Origin: Victivallales bacterium
GTDB lineage: Bacteria; Verrucomicrobiota; Lentisphaeria; Victivallales; GWF2-38-69
Assembly (NCBI GenBank): GCA_021733985.1
Contig: JAIPJT010000009.1
Span: 4,323-68,322 of the forward strand
Direction: 5' to 3'
Length of the DNA stretch: 64,000 bases
Positions 59,889 to 64,000 of the stretch are shown one piece after another. Within the stretch, counting starts at the first letter, position 1. Each line of letters begins with the position of its first letter. The position numbers and the translations under genes are program-made. The notes below the pieces were generated by a model, which made no database searches, was not told the origin of the DNA, and was given only the letters and a program-made list of their open reading frames with translations.

Positions 59889-60036
59889 GTTAACTTTTTG
59901 ATAAGGCCTAAAGAACAGCAGGCGAGGTTGATGTCCACTCTTAACGGTGTAACTTTAAGGCTTTGCAGCCTTGATGCATTCTTATCAGAGGATCACCTCG
60001 CCTGACCTTAAACTATATGTTTTTATTAAGTTTAAC
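59889..60036. ncRNA. Candidate long-hairpin structured RNA (6S-like architecture or cis-leader)
   Basis: Perfect 10-bp stem CAGGCGAGGT/ACCTCGCCTG; apical AAGGCT/AGCCTT hairpin (GCAA loop on the minus strand); weaker outer stem beyond a bubble. Confidence 0.45.
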
Positions 60037-60280
60037 AAGTTTACAAACTGAAAAAAAACGAAAATTATACACACTACGATTAATTTTTATTTATCCATCA
60101 CATCATTCGATATGACTTGTGCTCTATAGCGAGGCGAGATTTTCGTAAAATCAAGCGTTTAGGCGTGTATATATAATTCTTTTCGTTTGCACTCCAGTAA
60201 TCTGGAAATTTTCAGTTAGTAAGGTTCTCAATTCTTAACTCTCAAAAGAAGGAATGTTTCGTTGGTTATAAAATTTGCAT

Positions 60281-60745
60281 TTAATTCCTGCTGTATTCAG
60301 CCCAGCTTGTAGAGGTTTCCCATAATCTGACACGTTCAAGGCGTATGTCATTTGTTATTTTGTAATAGAAATTATTTTTTGTTTTAATTACAGTACCTTT
60401 TTTAAGAACTTTATCAAAATGTTTAAACATGACTTCTGCTATTACCTCAGAGGTAGGATCGCCTTCAAAGGCGATGACTTTTTCAAAGTTGTCTTTGAAA
60501 TACTTAAAATGTTTTGAGCTGGAGTTGATATACATTGCATGATCAAGAGAATTTAAATAATCACCAAAAGCTGCTTTAAATGCCTGGAAGTCAAACACCA
60601 TATTACTTTCATCGAGATTTTCCGCAGATATAATAATTTCAACTGTTCTGCTGTGTCCGTGAGGCATGCGGCAATCACTCTGTGTCTGCTGCGAAGTTAA
60701 AAAATGTCCGGTTTCAAGCCGGAACGTTTTACAAACCCTATACAT
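60281..60745 (-). CDS. queD: 6-carboxytetrahydropterin synthase QueD/PTPS family
   Basis: ETGH, CRMPHGHS, MVFDF, LDHA, PTSE, RLWET. Confidence 0.88.
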   Translation of the reverse strand: MYRVCKTFRLETGHFLTSQQTQSDCRMPHGHSRTVEIIISAENLDESNMVFDFQAFKAAFGDYLNSLDHAMYINSSSKHFKYFKDNFEKVIAFEGDPTSEVIAEVMFKHFDKVLKKGTVIKTKNNFYYKITNDIRLERVRLWETSTSWAEYSRN

Positions 60746-61114
60746 ATATTAACCCTTTATTTAAAAGTTCGACGAAAAGAGTTTTTCAACTGTTGAATAG
60801 AATATTTCCTGCAATTTCTAATTATGAAAGTGTATTAGTAAAAATCAAGTATAGACATTGATAAATACTTAAATAGTTATTTAAAATCCGGTTTTACTAT
60901 ATCGTTATGCTATAAAGTATTTAGCAAGTGTTGAATTTCTTGTGTTATAAAAATTCGAGTAAATACCAGAACACAAATTTATATTATAACAGCATTTTTG
61001 TGCGAGAACTCCATATAACTTTATGAAATTCAACTTGAGTTTTTTCTATAATTACTTAGATTATATATAAAATAATTTTTAATTAAAAAACTTACTTAAA
61101 GGATATGGTTGATT

Positions 61115-61585
61115 ATGGACAGTAAAATAAAAAGGTTTGTATCGAAATTATTAAATGAGGGAGTTTCATTATCAGATATACAGAAAAGACTCCAAACAGA
61201 AAAGGACTATAAGATTACCTTTTTTGATCTAAGACTTTTAGCCTCGGAACTCGAAAATATTGACTGGTCAAAACAGAAAGCAGATGTAGAAGCAGCAGAA
61301 GCCAAAAAAAAGGCTAAAGAAGAAGAAGAGAAGGCTGTTAAAACTGACCTTGAAAATGAAGCTGCAGATGATACAGGAAAAACAGTTGTTGAATTGAGTA
61401 AACTGAAGAGGCCCGGTGCGGTAGCAAGCGGTTCTGTGAAGTTTGCTTCAGGCGTTAGAGCCGATTGGGTTATCGACCAGTATGGACGTCTGGGCCTCGA
61501 AAATAATTCCGGTGAACCTAATGAAAAAGATATTCAGGAATTTCAGGAGGAATTACAGAAAAAGATGGCTGGCGGCGGTATATAA
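61115..61585 (+). CDS. Conserved hypothetical protein
   Basis: GVSLSDIQKRL...ITFFDLRLL...RPGAVASGSVKF.SG..A.W.IDQYGRLGL; well-formed ORF with RBS. Confidence 0.8.
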   Translation: MDSKIKRFVSKLLNEGVSLSDIQKRLQTEKDYKITFFDLRLLASELENIDWSKQKADVEAAEAKKKAKEEEEKAVKTDLENEAADDTGKTVVELSKLKRPGAVASGSVKFASGVRADWVIDQYGRLGLENNSGEPNEKDIQEFQEELQKKMAGGGI

Positions 61586-61626
61586 TACCATGAGTTGAAT
61601 ATGGAGAAATTTGGAGGATTAGTCCT

Positions 61627-62181
61627 GTGAATAGAGATATTGCTGTAAAATTATTAAGGCGACATGTAAAAAATCAGAACATGATAAAACATTCACTGGC
61701 AAGCGAAGCTGTAATGAGGGCTTTGGCTGAAAAATTTGGGGAAGATAAGATGAGATGGGGCACGGCAGGTCTGCTGCATGACCTTGATGTAGAAATGACA
61801 GATGCTGATCCTCGGAGACATGGACTTGAAACCGCAGCTCTCTTAAAAGATCATGACATAGATCAGGAAATTATTGATGCTATTGAGATGCATAACGAAG
61901 AAGCTACAGGAAAAAAAAGGGAAACATTAATGCAGCATGCGCTTGCAGCGGGTGAAACAATCACCGGTCTGATTACGGCAACAGCACTTGTTTATCCTGA
62001 CAAAAAATTATCCAGTGTAAAAACAAAATCAATAACTAAAAGAATGAAAGAAAAAGCTTTTGCGGCGTCTGTTAACAGAGATACAATCAGGGAATGCGAG
62101 AAGATTGATATTCCACTGAAGGAGTTTGCCGAAATTTCTTTGAATGCTATGAGAGGTATCAGCGAGAAATTAGGTTTATAA
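61627..62181 (+). CDS. HDIG-domain metal-dependent phosphohydrolase
   Basis: KHSLA, GLLHDLD, HG, HN, KxFAASVNR. Confidence 0.9.
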   Translation: MNRDIAVKLLRRHVKNQNMIKHSLASEAVMRALAEKFGEDKMRWGTAGLLHDLDVEMTDADPRRHGLETAALLKDHDIDQEIIDAIEMHNEEATGKKRETLMQHALAAGETITGLITATALVYPDKKLSSVKTKSITKRMKEKAFAASVNRDTIRECEKIDIPLKEFAEISLNAMRGISEKLGL

Positions 62182-62394
62182 GTTGTACAGAATTGTTTTA
62201 TCAAAATCCGTTTTTTTGACATTTAAATAGTAAATTTACCCTGATATAATAAATTTTTTTCAGGGGAGATGTTACATGTAGAGGTTTTATCTCAGCTGAG
62301 ATACTCCTTTTTCGTGTGACATTTAATTATTAATATATAAGATAGATATTTGTGGTAATGATACCTCATATATCAATATTACACGGTTAAGTCT

Positions 62395-64000
62395 ATGCAG
62401 AAAAAAGTGATTCGCTACCTTGTTTTATGTTTCTTTATTTTTATAAATAACGTCTTGCTATGTACAGAGAAAACTTCAAATAAAAACTCCCGCATAAAAA
62501 TAAATATTTCTACTTCTTTTCAGTGCGATATAGGTTTACTGCTTGGTTACATGCTTGAGGTCTATAACCTCAATAACAATATGATTAATCAACGAACATT
62601 TAATCGTCTACTTAAGTTAAAAAAGGAAGTTAATAGTGAAAAGAGAACAAAACTTGAAAATCATAATAAACTTTTAAAGATACTGGACGAGCGCCCTTAC
62701 CTTGAACGGTTATTGCAAGTGCCTATATTGTTTGACAGTTTCAGCAATACAAAGACAGCATATGATCTAATTTTGGGTATTGAAAAAATAAATAAACAGA
62801 ACAGGGGAATTTATAATATACTTAATAATACGATTTTTTTAGTTTCACCTCAACTGCAGAGACTAACCGGTTCTGATAAGGAAGCAGCACGTCTCCTAAT
62901 CGAAGGTATAACGGAAGAATATAAAAATTTAAAAAATAAACCTTATTTTTTTCAGGAATTTGCAGATAACAAAGAGATTGAAGACTACGAAGAAGAACTT
63001 GAAAATAAGTTTCTCAAAGCAATAAAGGCTGTAGACTTTAACAACTCATTTGAAAATATTTATATTCAGCTCGTTCCTATTGTGCCTGAAAGTAACTATC
63101 TGTTTGATGCAGTCAAACCAGTTAATCGTATCACTACCCTGCTGCCGAGTTCACCTGAAGAAAAGGGTATCAGCTTATGGAATGTGTATTATGAGGTCTG
63201 TAGAAATATTGTAATTTCAAATTTCGGTTCAGAAATAAGTTCTAATGAAAGCAGAGTGCCGGGGCTGAATAAAGCAAAATCATATAATATGCTTTTAAGG
63301 CATTCGATTCTACAGCTTATGTTTGAAGGGATGCGGGGTACAAAAACTTATGAAGAATTTTTTAAAACTTCCTATGGAGACTTATCAGAACTTGCAAAAG
63401 AAAAAATTCTGGAACAAAGCATCGAGCTTACCGGCAGAAAATGTACTGAAAATGAAATTCGAGACTTAAAAAAGTCTTTGAAAAAGCAAAGGACAAAAGC
63501 ATCTAAACTGCTTTTTAACAAAGGATATCTTGTTACTGAGTCTTATTTAAGAAAAATTAGAGAAAGAACTAAAGGTAAAAATTATTTCAGGGTCAATACC
63601 GAAGGGGCTATCGCTATGTATAGGGCGTTAGTGGCAATATATAAAAAAAAGCCCCTGAACAAGGTAAAGAAATTAATAAATAAAGCGTTTGAATGCGAAG
63701 CTTATAAGCTTGTGAATAAAGATTACACTACGAAGTATAAAATAAAAAGCACCAGAGTATCACTGGAAAAATTCAGAAAGTTTTTATTAGGATTGTGTGA
63801 TAATGAAATTTTACTTATGGGGAATTCAAGCCTTCAGAGTATTACAGTCAATTATGTTAATTTTATGAGCAAACCTTCCGCATATTTTTCTGCAATTGAA
63901 GATTATAATTCCTTCAAAGATTCATTTTATTTTAAGGCGTTTGATAAAGTGAAAGCTTGGCTGCCTTCTGATATAAAACCAAAAGTAATTAATATCTGGA
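62395..64000 (+). CDS. Large exported hypothetical protein (runs off the window end)
   Basis: ATG at 62395 with a signal-peptide-like start (MQKKVIRYLVLCFFIFINNVLLC); the frame appears open to the window end, which explains its absence from the ORF track. Confidence 0.7.
   Translation, partial: MQKKVIRYLVLCFFIFINNVLLCTEKTSNKNSRIKINISTSFQCDIGLLLGYMLEVYNLNNNMINQRTFNRLLKLKKEVNSEKRTKLENHNKLLKILDERPYLERLLQVPILFDSFSNTKTAYDLILGIEKINKQNRGIYNILNNTIFLVSPQLQRLTGSDKEAARLLIEGITEEYKNLKNKPYFFQEFADNKEIEDYEEELENKFLKAIKAVDFNNSFENIYIQLVPIVPESNYLFDAVKPVNRITTLLPSSPEEKGISLWNVYYEVCRNIVISNFGSEISSNESRVPGLNKAKSYNMLLRHSILQLMFEGMRGTKTYEEFFKTSYGDLSELAKEKILEQSIELTGRKCTENEIRDLKKSLKKQRTKASKLLFNKGYLVTESYLRKIRERTKGKNYFRVNTEGAIAMYRALVAIYKKKPLNKVKKLINKAFECEAYKLVNKDYTTKYKIKSTRVSLEKFRKFLLGLCDNEILLMGNSSLQSITVNYVNFMSKPSAYFSAIEDYNSFKDSFYFKAFDKVKAWLPSDIKPKVINIW

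Noticed and set aside
60746-60900. preQ1 riboswitch upstream of queD
   Set aside because: No convincing preQ1-I stem-loop with A-rich tail on the minus strand.
1-64000. tRNA, rRNA, tmRNA, SRP, RNase P genes, CRISPR arrays, prophage
   Set aside because: No T-loop/cloverleaf, SRP or RNase P signature, repeat-spacer array or phage structural genes were seen by eye. A covariance-model scan was not possible.

Overview
A 64-kb, AT-rich bacterial chromosomal window of mostly housekeeping and anaerobic-metabolism genes from a diderm organism (LptD, lipid A acyltransferase). The gene mix is suggestive of the PVC superphylum (Lentisphaerota-like); this is inference only. It carries a partial ftsK, arfB, an M32 carboxypeptidase, hypCDEAB, truB, an rnfABCDG operon with no rnfE, class II (nrdJ) and class III (nrdD/nrdG) ribonucleotide reductases each preceded by tandem NrdR boxes, a multi-CBM GH18 chitinase, ruvB, der, apbE, mreB, tkt, a two-domain NDK, pgm and queD. 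I found no rRNA, tRNA or CRISPR array. The strongest unusual signal is a split class III RNR: NrdD stops before its glycyl-radical motif, which is encoded by a separate 50-aa ORF with its own RBS that the ORF track missed. Other signals are a missed 40-aa phage-like microprotein, apparent pseudoenzymes (a His-less histidine kinase and a secreted arginine-deiminase homolog with no catalytic Cys), an IS30 remnant, an orphan attC-like site, and two GC-rich structured-RNA candidates.
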